NCBI GenBank assembly: GCA_016935525.1
Contig: JAFGQU010000005.1
Coordinates: 2,190-66,189, forward strand
DNA length: 64,000 nt
Origin: Candidatus Omnitrophota bacterium
Lineage (GTDB): Bacteria > Omnitrophota > Gorgyraeia > Duberdicusellales > 4484-171
Reading direction: 5' to 3'
Every line of letters starts with the position of its first letter. Within the stretch, counting starts at the first letter, position 1. Under the pieces are notes generated by a model. The model saw nothing but the letters and a program-made list of their open reading frames with translations. It was not told the DNA's origin and ran no database searches. This document shows positions 9,774-19,948 of this stretch, piece by piece. The translations under genes and the position numbers were made by a program.

Positions 9774-10778
9774 ATGGCGGTAGATGTTGATAATTATAAA
9801 AAAGTAGCGATTCTGCTTGTTTCGTTGGGAATTGATGTGTCGGTAGAGATCTTCAAACATCTTGACGAATGGGAGATCGAGCTGATTTCCAAGGAAATCG
9901 CTCGTCTGGGAGAATTAGAACAGGAACAGATCGATGAAGTAATTAAAGATTTTCATCAACGGTTACTCTCGGCGGCGAGCACCGAAGGAGGGTTGCAATA
10001 TTTGCGAGAAGTGCTGGAACGCGCTATCGGTCCGGCAAAAGCCATGGGGATTATCCGTCATCTCCATCAGATCCGCCCGTTCTCCTACTTGGAGAGTGTG
10101 TCCGGCTCACAGATCGCCGAGATCGTTTCCGGAGAAGACCCCCAGATCATCGCTCTGGTGCTTTCTTATTTGCCGGCAAGCCACGCCGCCGAAGCGTTCG
10201 CCCAGCTGGGAGAAGGATTAAGAAAAGAAGTCGCCGGGCGGATGGTCTTGCTTCAGGATGTACATCGGGAAGCGATCGAGAACGTGCATAAAGCTCTGGA
10301 AAAAGTAGTATCCAACCGTGAACGGCGGATGTCGGAAAAGATCTCTTTTGCCGGCGAAGGGGTAAGGACGCTGGCGAATATTTTAAATGCCGCTCCTCAG
10401 CAAGTCGAAAAAAACGTCATGGATCATTTAAAGACCCTTGATGAGACACTTGCCGAAGAAGTGCGTAACAACATGTTCTTATTCGAAGATATGGTCAAGT
10501 TTGACGATGTATCGATGCAGAAAATATTGCGTCAGGTAGATATGCGTGACCTTACGCTGTCGCTCAAACTTGCCGACGAAGCTTTAAAACAGAAAGTATT
10601 CTCTAACTTATCGGAACGCGTGCGTGAGACGTGTCAGGAAGAACTTTCTTATCTGGGCCCAGTACGATTGAAACAGGTAGAAGAAGCCCAACAGAAAGTC
10701 ATTGCCACTGTCCGCCGGCTGGAAGCTGCCGGAGAGATAGAGATACCGCACAAAGGCCAAGAGGAAAAGTTTGTGTAA
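9774..10778 (+). CDS. fliG: Flagellar motor switch protein FliG
   Basis: 334 aa. C-terminal torque-helix region (MFLFEDMVKFDD...). Conserved gene order. Confidence 0.85.
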   Translation: MAVDVDNYKKVAILLVSLGIDVSVEIFKHLDEWEIELISKEIARLGELEQEQIDEVIKDFHQRLLSAASTEGGLQYLREVLERAIGPAKAMGIIRHLHQIRPFSYLESVSGSQIAEIVSGEDPQIIALVLSYLPASHAAEAFAQLGEGLRKEVAGRMVLLQDVHREAIENVHKALEKVVSNRERRMSEKISFAGEGVRTLANILNAAPQQVEKNVMDHLKTLDETLAEEVRNNMFLFEDMVKFDDVSMQKILRQVDMRDLTLSLKLADEALKQKVFSNLSERVRETCQEELSYLGPVRLKQVEEAQQKVIATVRRLEAAGEIEIPHKGQEEKFV

Positions 10779-10780
10779 GG

Positions 10781-11620
10781 ATGAAAGTAATAAAAAAAGA
10801 TCAAACCTGGGGGACAATATCGGTAAAGCCTCATTCTTGGACTTTGTTCGCCGGCAATACGGCTAAAGAGGAGGCCGAAGAAAAAGAATTACTCTCGGTC
10901 CTGGAGAAAGTCGAAGAAGAGACTCATCAGGCGGTCATCGAACAGATGATCGAAGCCAAAAAGATCGAGCGTGAAGAAGTAGAGATCAAAAATAAAAAAG
11001 AAGAAATATTAGAGGTGACAAAACAACAGGCGCAGGCGCAGGCCGATGCGATCATCACTGAGGCAAAACAAAAAGCCGAAGCCGTAAAAGAAGAAGCTTT
11101 TCAAAAAGGGGTCGAAGGAGGCGCGATCGAAGCGGAAAAAAGAGCCGAAGAGAAATATAGCGGCCTTTTTTCTGAAGAGATAGCTAAGTTAAAGAACGTT
11201 GAAAAAGCATTAGAGTCTTCTTATCAGGAGATCGTCAAAAATACCGAGGATAAGGTCGTTAAGCTGGCGTTGGATATCGCCAAGAAAATAATCAAGGAAG
11301 ATTGTAAAAAGAAGAGCCCGCTAATAACTAAAATGGTTCGCGAAGGGCTCTCCCGGCTTTCGGAACGCGTGCCGGTGAAAATAAGGCTTAACCCGGAACA
11401 ACTTCCCTTAGTCGAAAAGAATAAAAAAAAGTTGATCGAGGAGTTTAATAACGCGCAGACGATCGAGTTGATAGCCGATGCGGGAGTGATTGCCGGAGGA
11501 TGTGTGCTTGAGACCGCATCAGGAAGTATCGACTTGAGGATCGACCGGCAATTCAATGAAATACAAAGAAATTTAACCGGAGAAACCAGAGAAAAAAATG
11601 AGTTTGAATCAGACGATTAA
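10781..11620 (+). CDS. fliH: Flagellar assembly protein FliH
   Basis: E/K-rich coiled-coil N-terminus and FliH C-domain. Lies between fliG and fliI. The ORF track's start at 10631 overlaps fliG; ATG 10781 directly follows the fliG stop. Confidence 0.7.
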   Translation: MKVIKKDQTWGTISVKPHSWTLFAGNTAKEEAEEKELLSVLEKVEEETHQAVIEQMIEAKKIEREEVEIKNKKEEILEVTKQQAQAQADAIITEAKQKAEAVKEEAFQKGVEGGAIEAEKRAEEKYSGLFSEEIAKLKNVEKALESSYQEIVKNTEDKVVKLALDIAKKIIKEDCKKKSPLITKMVREGLSRLSERVPVKIRLNPEQLPLVEKNKKKLIEEFNNAQTIELIADAGVIAGGCVLETASGSIDLRIDRQFNEIQRNLTGETREKNEFESDD

Positions 11621-12920
11621 TTTAGATAAATATTTTCAGGTGCTCGATTCAGTCGATCCGGTGAAACTGAACGGGAAAGTGACTAAAGTCGTGGGATTAG
11701 TAGTGGAATCCGACGGCCCGGCAGTAGGGATCGGCGAACTTTGTTTTATTTATCCGAGAAAACGATCCCGGCCGGTCCGGGCCGAAGTCGTCGGATTTAG
11801 AGATAATAAAGTATTGCTTATGCCGTTGGGCGAGATGATCCAGATCGAACCGAACAGTGAAGTAGTCGCTTCCGGAGAATGTCTGGGGATACACGTATCT
11901 TCGGAATTATTAGGAAGGGTGTTAGACGGACTGGGGAATCCTCTGGACGGGAAACCCCAGGTGATCAGTAACGAACATTATTGTGTGACAAAAACACCGC
12001 CGCATCCGCTTACGCGTCAGAGGATAAAACGGCCGTTACCTACGGGAGTGCGGGCTGTTGACGGGACGTTGACTCTGGGTGAAGGACAACGTATCGGTAT
12101 TTTTTCGGGAAGCGGTATCGGTAAAAGCGTATTGTTAGGAATGATCGCCCGGTATACCAGCGCGGACGTGAATGTCATCGCTCTCATCGGAGAACGGGGC
12201 CGCGAGGTGCGGGATTTTATCGAAAAAGATCTGGGGCCGGATGGGCTTAAGCGTTCGGTGATCGTGGTGTCTACTTCGGACCAGCCGGCGTTGATCCGGA
12301 TCAAAGGAGCAGAAATCGCAACTGCTATCGCCGAATATTTCCGTGCTCAGGGGCTTAATGTGATGTTTATGATGGATTCGGTCACCCGGTTTGCGATGGC
12401 CCAGAGAGAAGTCGGCCTTGCGATCGGAGAGCCGCCGGCGACAAAAGGATATACTCCTTCGGTGTTTGCGATGTTGCCTAAACTTTTAGAACGAAGCGGG
12501 GCGTCACATACCGGAAGTATTACCGGTATTTATACCGTGCTGGTCGAAGCCGATGACATGAATGAACCGGTCGCCGATACTGTCCGCAGTATTCTTGACG
12601 GCCACATCGTGTTGTCGCGGGAGCTGGCTTCCGCCGGACATTATCCGCCGATAGACGTGTTGCCCAGTATTTCGCGGTTGATGATCGATGTGGTCGATGA
12701 AGGTCATTATGAGTGCGCGAATAAACTAAGAGATATTTTAGTGACGTACCGCGACGCTCAGGATCTGATAAATATCGGAGCGTATGTCCATGGAAGTAAT
12801 CCTAAAATCGATTATGCTCTGGAAAAATTTGACGCGGTCAACGCATTTTTAAGACAAAAAATAGAAGAGCCGGCAGATTTTTCCCAGACTATAGAAGGTT
12901 TAAAAAGCCTGTTTAATTAA
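11598..12920 (+). CDS. fliI: Flagellum-specific ATP synthase FliI
   Basis: Walker A GSGIGKSVLLGMIAR. F1-ATPase beta-like fold motifs. Confidence 0.9.
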   Translation: MSLNQTINLDKYFQVLDSVDPVKLNGKVTKVVGLVVESDGPAVGIGELCFIYPRKRSRPVRAEVVGFRDNKVLLMPLGEMIQIEPNSEVVASGECLGIHVSSELLGRVLDGLGNPLDGKPQVISNEHYCVTKTPPHPLTRQRIKRPLPTGVRAVDGTLTLGEGQRIGIFSGSGIGKSVLLGMIARYTSADVNVIALIGERGREVRDFIEKDLGPDGLKRSVIVVSTSDQPALIRIKGAEIATAIAEYFRAQGLNVMFMMDSVTRFAMAQREVGLAIGEPPATKGYTPSVFAMLPKLLERSGASHTGSITGIYTVLVEADDMNEPVADTVRSILDGHIVLSRELASAGHYPPIDVLPSISRLMIDVVDEGHYECANKLRDILVTYRDAQDLINIGAYVHGSNPKIDYALEKFDAVNAFLRQKIEEPADFSQTIEGLKSLFN

Positions 12921-12926
12921 TGAATA

Positions 12927-13397
12927 ATGATCCGATTTCGATTTCGGTTACAACGGGTATTAGAGTTGCGCACGCGAAAAGAAGAAGAGAAAGAGCGAGA
13001 ACTCGCTCATTTGAAAACGATGCTGCGCGAAGCCGAAGAATTTTTAGAAGAATTAAAAGACCAGAGTTTTCGTGTCTCGCAGCAGATCGGCTCTTTGCAC
13101 GACAATGACAGCCGATCGTTGGACATCCAGGAACTTTTGCGTTATTACGATTATTTGGAGTATGTGCGTAATATGATCGTCGACCAGATCGACGCGATAA
13201 AGACGATTATCATCAATCTCGACCGTAAACGCGAGGAATTGATCGAGGCTTCGAAAGAACGCAAGATCATAGAGAAGTTGAAAGATACGCAGTACAAAAA
13301 ATTCAGGGAATTTGTCAATCAATGGGAAAACAGGTTTATCGACGAGATGGGGACGATAAACTTCAATTATCGAAAAAATCAAGAAGAAAGGAGGTGA
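12927..13397 (+). CDS. fliJ: Flagellar export protein FliJ
   Basis: 156-aa coiled-coil protein immediately after fliI. Confidence 0.6.
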   Translation: MIRFRFRLQRVLELRTRKEEEKERELAHLKTMLREAEEFLEELKDQSFRVSQQIGSLHDNDSRSLDIQELLRYYDYLEYVRNMIVDQIDAIKTIIINLDRKREELIEASKERKIIEKLKDTQYKKFREFVNQWENRFIDEMGTINFNYRKNQEERR

Positions 13398-13403
13398 AAA
13401 AAG

Positions 13404-14642
13404 ATGAATACCATTATGCAGATGCTTTTACCAGTAATGCATCTGAATTCTGGGACGCAGTCCTCGTCTTTCCCCAGCGAGGCCAATGAGGTTTTTGCGA
13501 GATTGGTCGACGAAGAGGTAGGTAAGTTCTTAGGCCGGGATTGGCAGAAAAATGCCGATCTTGCCGCGCTGTTGAATTCGCCGCTCTTTGCCCAACTTTT
13601 AACCCATCTGAACGGTCTTTTGGATAAAGTAGGGGCGACCGATATTCAGAAACAGGAGTTGTTGGATCAGATTATCGCCAAGATAACCGAGAGTTTTGCC
13701 AACGGCGATACCGAAGGCCTCATTTCCTTTTTCTCGACTATATTGAACGCCGAGACTCCGCAGGATATCCAGCAGGCGCTGGATAAATTTGCGACCTCTA
13801 AGAATGAAACGGTTCAATATATCGATCAAAAAGGGAATGCTTTTGTGCCCCAGAATGCAGAGACTGATCAATCTCAGGTATTATCTGAGTTGACGGTTGA
13901 GACGACCAATAAAGACGTGATGGCGACTGCCAATGAACAGTTTGTCGCCGACGTCCCGAAGATTCTCGATACAGTGAATGGTGAACATGTACTCAACCGG
14001 CTGGTCGGGATGTTTGAGGAGAAAGAAGACGCTCTTACGGGATTCGTTAAATCCGGGGAGGTCAAGATCGATCCTGTGCTTAAACTGGATTCCGCGCAGA
14101 TGGAATTCGTGTCGTTGATGAAAGATATCGAGTTCAATGTCGATAAAGAAAGCGTGTTGGGATCGAATGCGGCCACTACCGCAGCCGATATCCAGGCCCG
14201 GATCGATATGATGAGCAGCATCAAAGAATTAGTCGAACGTATGGAGTTGAAAACGGCGCCTAAGGTCATCCAGACAGTGTTTGAATTAAAACCGCCTAAT
14301 ATGGGCCATACGCAGTTACGGTTGGAATTGTCCGATCAGAAAGTGATGCTTGATTTTCTGGTCGCCCGGGCTGAAGCTAAAGAGATGATCCAGAATTCGC
14401 TCAGCGATTTGCGCACTATGTTCCAGGATAAGGGGCTTGTGATCGGCGAGGTAAATGTCGATGTCGATCCTAACCTTTCGTTAGGACACGGGTTGTTCTC
14501 GCGGGACCTGGCTCAACAAAATTCTCATCATCAAGGGGCCTTATCAGGTAATGTCGCCGGTCCGGTCCTGTTTGATGAAGACAGTGTGCGCACCTATGAT
14601 ACTCTTTATCTGGATGCGGCAAGAGTGAATTGTTTAGCGTGA
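13404..14642 (+). CDS. fliK: Flagellar hook-length control protein FliK
   Basis: C-terminal Flg_hook domain (ELKPPNMGHTQLRLELSDQKVMLDFLVARAEAKEMIQNSL). Position before flgD. Confidence 0.65.
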   Translation: MNTIMQMLLPVMHLNSGTQSSSFPSEANEVFARLVDEEVGKFLGRDWQKNADLAALLNSPLFAQLLTHLNGLLDKVGATDIQKQELLDQIIAKITESFANGDTEGLISFFSTILNAETPQDIQQALDKFATSKNETVQYIDQKGNAFVPQNAETDQSQVLSELTVETTNKDVMATANEQFVADVPKILDTVNGEHVLNRLVGMFEEKEDALTGFVKSGEVKIDPVLKLDSAQMEFVSLMKDIEFNVDKESVLGSNAATTAADIQARIDMMSSIKELVERMELKTAPKVIQTVFELKPPNMGHTQLRLELSDQKVMLDFLVARAEAKEMIQNSLSDLRTMFQDKGLVIGEVNVDVDPNLSLGHGLFSRDLAQQNSHHQGALSGNVAGPVLFDEDSVRTYDTLYLDAARVNCLA

Positions 14643-14658
14643 GAGGAGGTGAAAGAAG

Positions 14659-15078
14659 ATGTACGTAAATAACATAAATGCGCCGGTAACAACGTTCGGG
14701 TATAACGAAAATAATATCGATGGTGCATTAGGTAAAGAAGATTTTTTACAGCTTCTGGTCGTACAGATGCAGACTCAGGATCCTCTGGATCCTTTAAAAA
14801 ACGAAGATTTTATTGCGCAGCTGGCTCAGTTCAATTCGTTAGAACAGATGATCACGCTTAACGACCAGATAACATCGCTGAGTTCGCTGCAGGCGCTTAG
14901 TTCCAGCAGCAGTCTCTTGGGGAAAACAGTCGAAGCCCTTGATGAAGACGGAAATACGCTTGAAGGTAAAGTGACCGAAGTACGGTATATCGATGGTGAA
15001 GTGCTGTTGACGTTGGAGAACGGAGGCGTTTCCAGTGAAGTCAGTTTCGCCAATATCGTAAAAGTGAGGGAGTCATGA
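14659..15078 (+). CDS. flgD: Flagellar hook capping/assembly protein FlgD
   Basis: DFLQLLVVQMQTQDPLDPLKNEDFIAQLAQFNSLEQ is the canonical FlgD N-domain. Confidence 0.85.
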   Translation: MYVNNINAPVTTFGYNENNIDGALGKEDFLQLLVVQMQTQDPLDPLKNEDFIAQLAQFNSLEQMITLNDQITSLSSLQALSSSSSLLGKTVEALDEDGNTLEGKVTEVRYIDGEVLLTLENGGVSSEVSFANIVKVRES

Positions 15079-15455
15079 GTCACATAGATCCTTTGAAGAA
15101 CAGTCAGGTTCATGGTGTCGGTAAAGTGACGCCTCAGGCGCCGGCTAAAGGCGTCTCAAAAGGCTCATCGTTTAAAGAGGTATTAGAATCGAAGCTTGAC
15201 CATGAAATAACATTTTCCGGTCATGCGTTAGAACGGATACAAAGACGAGAGATCAAATTCGATGAGACGCGCTTGAACAAACTGAAAACAGCCGTAGAGA
15301 TGGCCGACAAAAAAGGGGCTCGATCCTCGCTGGTGTTAATGGAGGATTTAGCGCTCATCGTGAGCATTAAGAATCGTACGGTGATTACCGCGATCGATGG
15401 CCGAAACGTCAAAGAGAACGTGTTTACCAATATCGATAGCGCGATCATCGTGTAA
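15075..15455 (+). CDS. Flagellar operon protein (TIGR02530-type, between flgD and flgE)
   Basis: Conserved position between flgD and flgE, as in Clostridia/Thermotogae. 126 aa. Confidence 0.5.
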   Translation: MSHIDPLKNSQVHGVGKVTPQAPAKGVSKGSSFKEVLESKLDHEITFSGHALERIQRREIKFDETRLNKLKTAVEMADKKGARSSLVLMEDLALIVSIKNRTVITAIDGRNVKENVFTNIDSAIIV

Positions 15456-15520
15456 AAACTTTGCGGGGCTGGACCTCGAATAGAGGAGGCCTCAAAAAAC
15501 CGGAAGGAGGATGAGGCGAA

Positions 15521-17215
15521 ATGTTACGTTCGATGTTTACCGGGATTTCTGGTTTGCGAAATCACCAGGTAAGATTAGATGTCGTTGCCAACAATATTGC
15601 CAATATCAATACAGTCGGGTTTAAACGGAGCCGGGCGCAATTTTCCGATATCTTAAGCCAGCTTCTGCAGGGAGCCAGTGCTCCTACAACCGGGCCGGGC
15701 GGAGATATCGGCGGAACAAACCCGAAACAGGTAGGGTTAGGGATGACGATTGCCAGTATCGACACTCTTTTCACGCAAGGAAATTTACAGCTTACCGGTG
15801 TCAATACTGATATCGCGATCCAGGGTGATGGGATGTTTAATCTGCGTGACGCTGACGGCGTCGATTTCTACACTCGCGCCGGACAGTTCACGTTCTCACC
15901 ACGTGACGCAGCCGGAAACATCTATCTGCAGAATGTTTCTAACGGATATCGGGTCCAGGGGTATGTGTATGATGCTACTCTCGGTGCGATTGATAATACT
16001 ACTATTACCGATATTTTAATACCGCCGACTCTTTATTCGCTCGCTCCTCAGGCGACTTCTCAGACGGTGTTCAATAACAACTTGAATGCCGAAACGATCG
16101 GTTCGTTCACGTCTAATGTTACGTCTCAGACGATTACTGACGGTGACGGTGCCGGTTCGACTACGATTACCTGGACCTTTACTCCGACCAGTAATTTCAA
16201 CGAATGGCAGGTTACCGGAACCTTAAGCGGAGCGACGGCAACCTGGGGAAGTAGCGGTACCAATACGCTTACCTATACGTTCCGGGTCGATGACACCGGA
16301 GCGATCACCGGTACCGCCGGTGAAGTATGGGCTGATACCGCGCCGGTCGGTGGAATAGATACTATCGATATCGACGGGGTAGCCGGTGCCGATGTACAGG
16401 TGAACCTTATCAGCAGTGTAGGGCCGACGGTGCTCGACGGTACGATAGATGATATTACGATTACCACTATAGGTATACTTCCGGATACAGTCGATGCCAA
16501 TTATGCCGGAACGTGGACGGCATCGTCGACACATACCGCGTCGATCAATATCTATGATTCGATGGGAGCGACCCATACGTTGCAGTTGCTGTTCCGTCAT
16601 GACCCGCAGGTAGCGAATCAATGGTCCTGGACCGCTCAGACATCAGATACGTCGATTACGGTCAATACCGGGGATGGGGTTCTGGCGTTTAATAACGACG
16701 GAAGTTTATCATCTTCGGTGATAAACAATCCGATCAATATTAGCGTAAATGTACCGGCGGCGGCGCCGATAAATATCACGACTCCTGATTTCAGCGCAGT
16801 GACGCAATACGCCGCCAACAACACTCTGGTCGCATTTTCTCAGAACGGATATGAAGCGGGAGAGTTAAATGCGTTCACCATAGGTTCTTCCGGAGTGATT
16901 ACCGGGATTTACACCAACGGGTTGAATGGAGAATTAGCTCAAGTCGTGTTAGCAAGATTTGACAATCCGGGAGGGTTGGTGAAAGAGGGAGATAACCTCT
17001 TTAGCCAAAGCGCCAACTCAGGAATGCCGGATATCGGTGTTGCTGAAACAGGAGGGCGAGGGTCGCTTTCCGCAGGATTTCTGGAAATGTCAAACGTGGA
17101 TCTCGCGCAAGAATTTGTCGATATGATCACTGCGCAACGGGGATTTCAGGTAAATTCCCGGAGTATCACGGTTTCCGATGAGATTTTGCAGGAATTGTTG
17201 ACTCTGAAACGATAG
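15521..17215 (+). CDS. flgE: Flagellar hook protein FlgE
   Basis: N-terminal SGLRNHQVRLDVVANNIANINTVGFKRSR. C-terminal GFLEMSNVDLAQEFVDMITAQRGFQ. Confidence 0.9.
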   Translation: MLRSMFTGISGLRNHQVRLDVVANNIANINTVGFKRSRAQFSDILSQLLQGASAPTTGPGGDIGGTNPKQVGLGMTIASIDTLFTQGNLQLTGVNTDIAIQGDGMFNLRDADGVDFYTRAGQFTFSPRDAAGNIYLQNVSNGYRVQGYVYDATLGAIDNTTITDILIPPTLYSLAPQATSQTVFNNNLNAETIGSFTSNVTSQTITDGDGAGSTTITWTFTPTSNFNEWQVTGTLSGATATWGSSGTNTLTYTFRVDDTGAITGTAGEVWADTAPVGGIDTIDIDGVAGADVQVNLISSVGPTVLDGTIDDITITTIGILPDTVDANYAGTWTASSTHTASINIYDSMGATHTLQLLFRHDPQVANQWSWTAQTSDTSITVNTGDGVLAFNNDGSLSSSVINNPINISVNVPAAAPINITTPDFSAVTQYAANNTLVAFSQNGYEAGELNAFTIGSSGVITGIYTNGLNGELAQVVLARFDNPGGLVKEGDNLFSQSANSGMPDIGVAETGGRGSLSAGFLEMSNVDLAQEFVDMITAQRGFQVNSRSITVSDEILQELLTLKR

Positions 17216-17258
17216 TGTAGGTAATTAGTGTGAGTTACAGATAAGTCTGTACCCTGCT

Positions 17259-17297
17259 AATAAATACCCTCGTCGTAGCCCGGCGGGGGTATTTATT
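17259..17297 (+). terminator. Hairpin after flgE (weak terminator-like)
   Basis: aataaataccc...gggtatttatt inverted repeat. No clean T-run follows. Confidence 0.3.
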
Positions 17298-17328
17298 AGA
17301 AAGGGATAGAAAGAGAGGTGAACAGATA

Positions 17329-17535
17329 ATGGTAAAACTCAAACAGATTAACGGTGAATTGATCGTGATAAATGCCGATTTGATCAGTTATATTAAAGCG
17401 CATCCCAATACTGTCTTAACTCTTACCAACGGCGACCGAGTAGTAGTCGAAGAATCGATTGATGAAGTGATGAAAAGGGTAGTAGAGTATAAACAAAAAA
17501 TATACCAGGTACATGTTGTAAAAGACGAGGAGTAG
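17329..17535 (+). CDS. flbD: Flagellar protein FlbD
   Basis: 68 aa. MVKLKQINGELIVINADLISYIKAHPNTVLTLTNGDRVVVEESIDEV matches the FlbD family. Confidence 0.8.
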   Translation: MVKLKQINGELIVINADLISYIKAHPNTVLTLTNGDRVVVEESIDEVMKRVVEYKQKIYQVHVVKDEE

Positions 17536-17539
17536 AGTT

Positions 17540-18379
17540 ATGGATTTTGCCAGTATTTTCGGTCTCTTTGCTGGAGTCACTTTAATTTTTCTTGCGATTC
17601 GCGAAAACTTTTTTCTTTTTCTCAGCGCGCCGGCGGCGATGATTACTTTCGGGGGAGCGTTTGCGGCGACCTGTCTGCACTTCCCTATAGGAGATGTCAT
17701 GAAAGTAATGAAAATCGTCAGTAAAGTATTTTTTACCCGGCCGCATAATCCTTATGACGCGGTCGAGACGATCGTCGGCCTTGCCGAAAAAGCCCGGCGC
17801 GAAGGGTTTTTGGCTCTGGAGGCGGAACTTGCCAACGTGAACGACGAGTTTCTCAAGCGGGGCGTCCAGAACGTTATCGACGGCGTGAGCCGTGACGAGA
17901 TAAAAGATACGTTGACGAAACAATTGGAGTTTCTCACTGCCCGCCATGAATCCGGGCAGGAGATCCTGGTCTCGATGGGGACGTATACTCCCGCTTTCGG
18001 GATGGCCGGTACGCTTATCGGGCTGGTTATCATGCTTTATAACCTTGATGATCCGAAAAAAGTAGGGCCGGGGATGGCGTTGGCGATCATCACGACGATG
18101 TACGGGGTACTTGCGGCGTATCTGTTTTTGATTCCTATGGCCGGGAAATTGAAAGTACGGGCTCAGCAGGAGCAGATCATTAAAGAGGTGACGATCGAAG
18201 GGATCATCTCGCTCCATGCCGGAGAAGCTCCTCGGTTAATGCGGGAAAAATTGCACGCCTATCTCGATCCGCGGATGAAAAAAATGCCTATAGGTGGAGC
18301 AAAAGCGCCGAGTCCCTCAGAAGGTGGCGTTCAGGAAAAGAAAACCGAAACGAAAGAAGAGAAAAAGGAAGGGTCATGA
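17540..18379 (+). CDS. motA: Flagellar motor stator protein MotA
   Basis: Four TM helices. MotA/TolQ/ExbB motif GTLIGLVIML...AIITTMYG. Confidence 0.85.
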   Translation: MDFASIFGLFAGVTLIFLAIRENFFLFLSAPAAMITFGGAFAATCLHFPIGDVMKVMKIVSKVFFTRPHNPYDAVETIVGLAEKARREGFLALEAELANVNDEFLKRGVQNVIDGVSRDEIKDTLTKQLEFLTARHESGQEILVSMGTYTPAFGMAGTLIGLVIMLYNLDDPKKVGPGMALAIITTMYGVLAAYLFLIPMAGKLKVRAQQEQIIKEVTIEGIISLHAGEAPRLMREKLHAYLDPRMKKMPIGGAKAPSPSEGGVQEKKTETKEEKKEGS

Positions 18380-19053
18380 AAACAAAAGGAGTCCAATTAT
18401 CAAAACCGTCTCCAGCGTGGATGCTTACCTATGGAGACATGGTAACCTTGATCCTGGTGTTTTTTGTCCTGCTGTTTACTCTTTCCGATATCAATATCGT
18501 AAAGTTCAGCAGTTTCTTTAAGAAGATGAAGAAACCGCCGGTAGTGTTGGATGAAGAACAATTGCGTCGGGTGATGCTGGAGCTGGCAAACTATGCTCAA
18601 GAGAAAGGATTAGAAGATAAAATCGGCCTGGCGATCGATCTTCAGGGATTGACCATTACGCTTACCGAGAGCATCATGTTCCGTTCCGGGCAGGCGGTTC
18701 TTATGCCGGAAGCTCTTCCGATCCTGGATGTGGTAAGCGACAAGATCATTAATCTGCCTAATCCGCTGATGATCGAAGGGCATACTGATAATATCCCGAT
18801 CCGTAACGAGAAGTTCCCTTCGAACTGGGAGCTTTCGTTGTCGCGTGCGGTGAACGTGTTGAAGTACCTTATTGAGAAAAAAGGAGTTGAACCGGCGCGT
18901 ATTTCGGCGGCAGGATATGCCGAATACCGGCCGGTCGCATCGAACGATACTCCCGAAGGGCGTGCGGGAAATAGAAGAGTCGTGTTAGTCGTGTTACGGC
19001 AGGAAATGAAAGGTTTTGAAAGTAAACCGGAGGAGGTTGAGAATGGGAACTAA
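18376..19053 (+). CDS. motB: Flagellar motor stator protein MotB (OmpA-like)
   Basis: N-terminal TM with a conserved Asp (YGDMVTLILVFF). C-terminal OmpA-like peptidoglycan-binding domain (GHTDNIPI...NRRV). Confidence 0.85.
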   Translation: MKTKGVQLSKPSPAWMLTYGDMVTLILVFFVLLFTLSDINIVKFSSFFKKMKKPPVVLDEEQLRRVMLELANYAQEKGLEDKIGLAIDLQGLTITLTESIMFRSGQAVLMPEALPILDVVSDKIINLPNPLMIEGHTDNIPIRNEKFPSNWELSLSRAVNVLKYLIEKKGVEPARISAAGYAEYRPVASNDTPEGRAGNRRVVLVVLRQEMKGFESKPEEVENGN

Positions 19054-19948
19054 TGTCACGAGTAAAGATTTAAAGATGATCCAACAGGTAAACGGCGAGA
19101 TCGCCAAAAAGATCACAAAAGTGTTTTCTACTCTTTTAGGCAAACCGGTCCAGATGCTTTTCAAGGAGATCCGTATCGATACGTTAGACAATATTTCGGC
19201 TCAGTTGCCTCAGGAGGCGTTAGGGTTCAAATATATTGTCGATCATGATGCGAAAGCGGCCGGGATGAGGATGTTTCCCAAAAAACTCGCGTTGCTTTTA
19301 GCCGAACTGCTCCTTGGCCAGGACGGAAAGAACCCTCCGGCGGAACTTTCCGAACAGCATATCGAAGCCCTCAGCCATGCCTTTAAAAAACTATTAGAAG
19401 CCGAAGGGACCGCGTATGCGCAATTGCTGAGTAAAAAATTCGTGTTTGAGTTGCAGGAAGTAAAGACGATAACTCCTTCGGCGCTTTTGAAAGAGATGGA
19501 TACCAAAGAACAGAAAGTACTGGGAGTGACCACTATCGGTGTCGAAGGGTTTTTTGAGGAAACCGCCTATGACGTAGCTCCCCTGACTTTTGTGAATGCG
19601 GTACTGGAGATGGCGGCGCTTAAAATATCACCACAGGGCGGAAAAGTCGAAGGATGGAATTTAGGCGAATTGAAAAAAGAAAAAACTGCTTCCGCCGCGC
19701 TCAATGATATCTCATTTTTGTTGGATACCCCGCTCCATCTTACCGTCGAGATCGGCCGGGCAAAGCTGTCTTTGCGTGATGTGCTGGAACTGGGTATCGG
19801 TTCGATTGTCGAATTAGAAAAACTTGCCGGGGAACCGGTAGACATCAAAGTGAATAATAAACTTTTGGCTAAAGGGGAAGTCGTAGTGATCGATGAGAAT
19901 TTTGGCGTAAGGATCATGAACATTATCAGTCCGCATGAACGAGTATAG
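19016..19948 (+). CDS. fliN: Flagellar motor switch protein FliN/FliY family (310 aa, N-terminal extension + C-terminal SpoA domain)
   Basis: C-terminal LSLRDVLELGIGSIVELEKLAGEPVDIKVNNKLLAKGEVVVIDENFGVRIMNI is a canonical FliN/SpoA domain. No clear CheC motif in the N-terminal part. Confidence 0.7.
   Translation: MKVNRRRLRMGTNVTSKDLKMIQQVNGEIAKKITKVFSTLLGKPVQMLFKEIRIDTLDNISAQLPQEALGFKYIVDHDAKAAGMRMFPKKLALLLAELLLGQDGKNPPAELSEQHIEALSHAFKKLLEAEGTAYAQLLSKKFVFELQEVKTITPSALLKEMDTKEQKVLGVTTIGVEGFFEETAYDVAPLTFVNAVLEMAALKISPQGGKVEGWNLGELKKEKTASAALNDISFLLDTPLHLTVEIGRAKLSLRDVLELGIGSIVELEKLAGEPVDIKVNNKLLAKGEVVVIDENFGVRIMNIISPHERV

Noticed and set aside
10631-10780. fliH starting at 10631 and overlapping fliG by ~150 nt
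   Set aside because: That frame is open by chance across the fliG 3' end. ATG 10781, directly after the fliG stop, gives a normal FliH.
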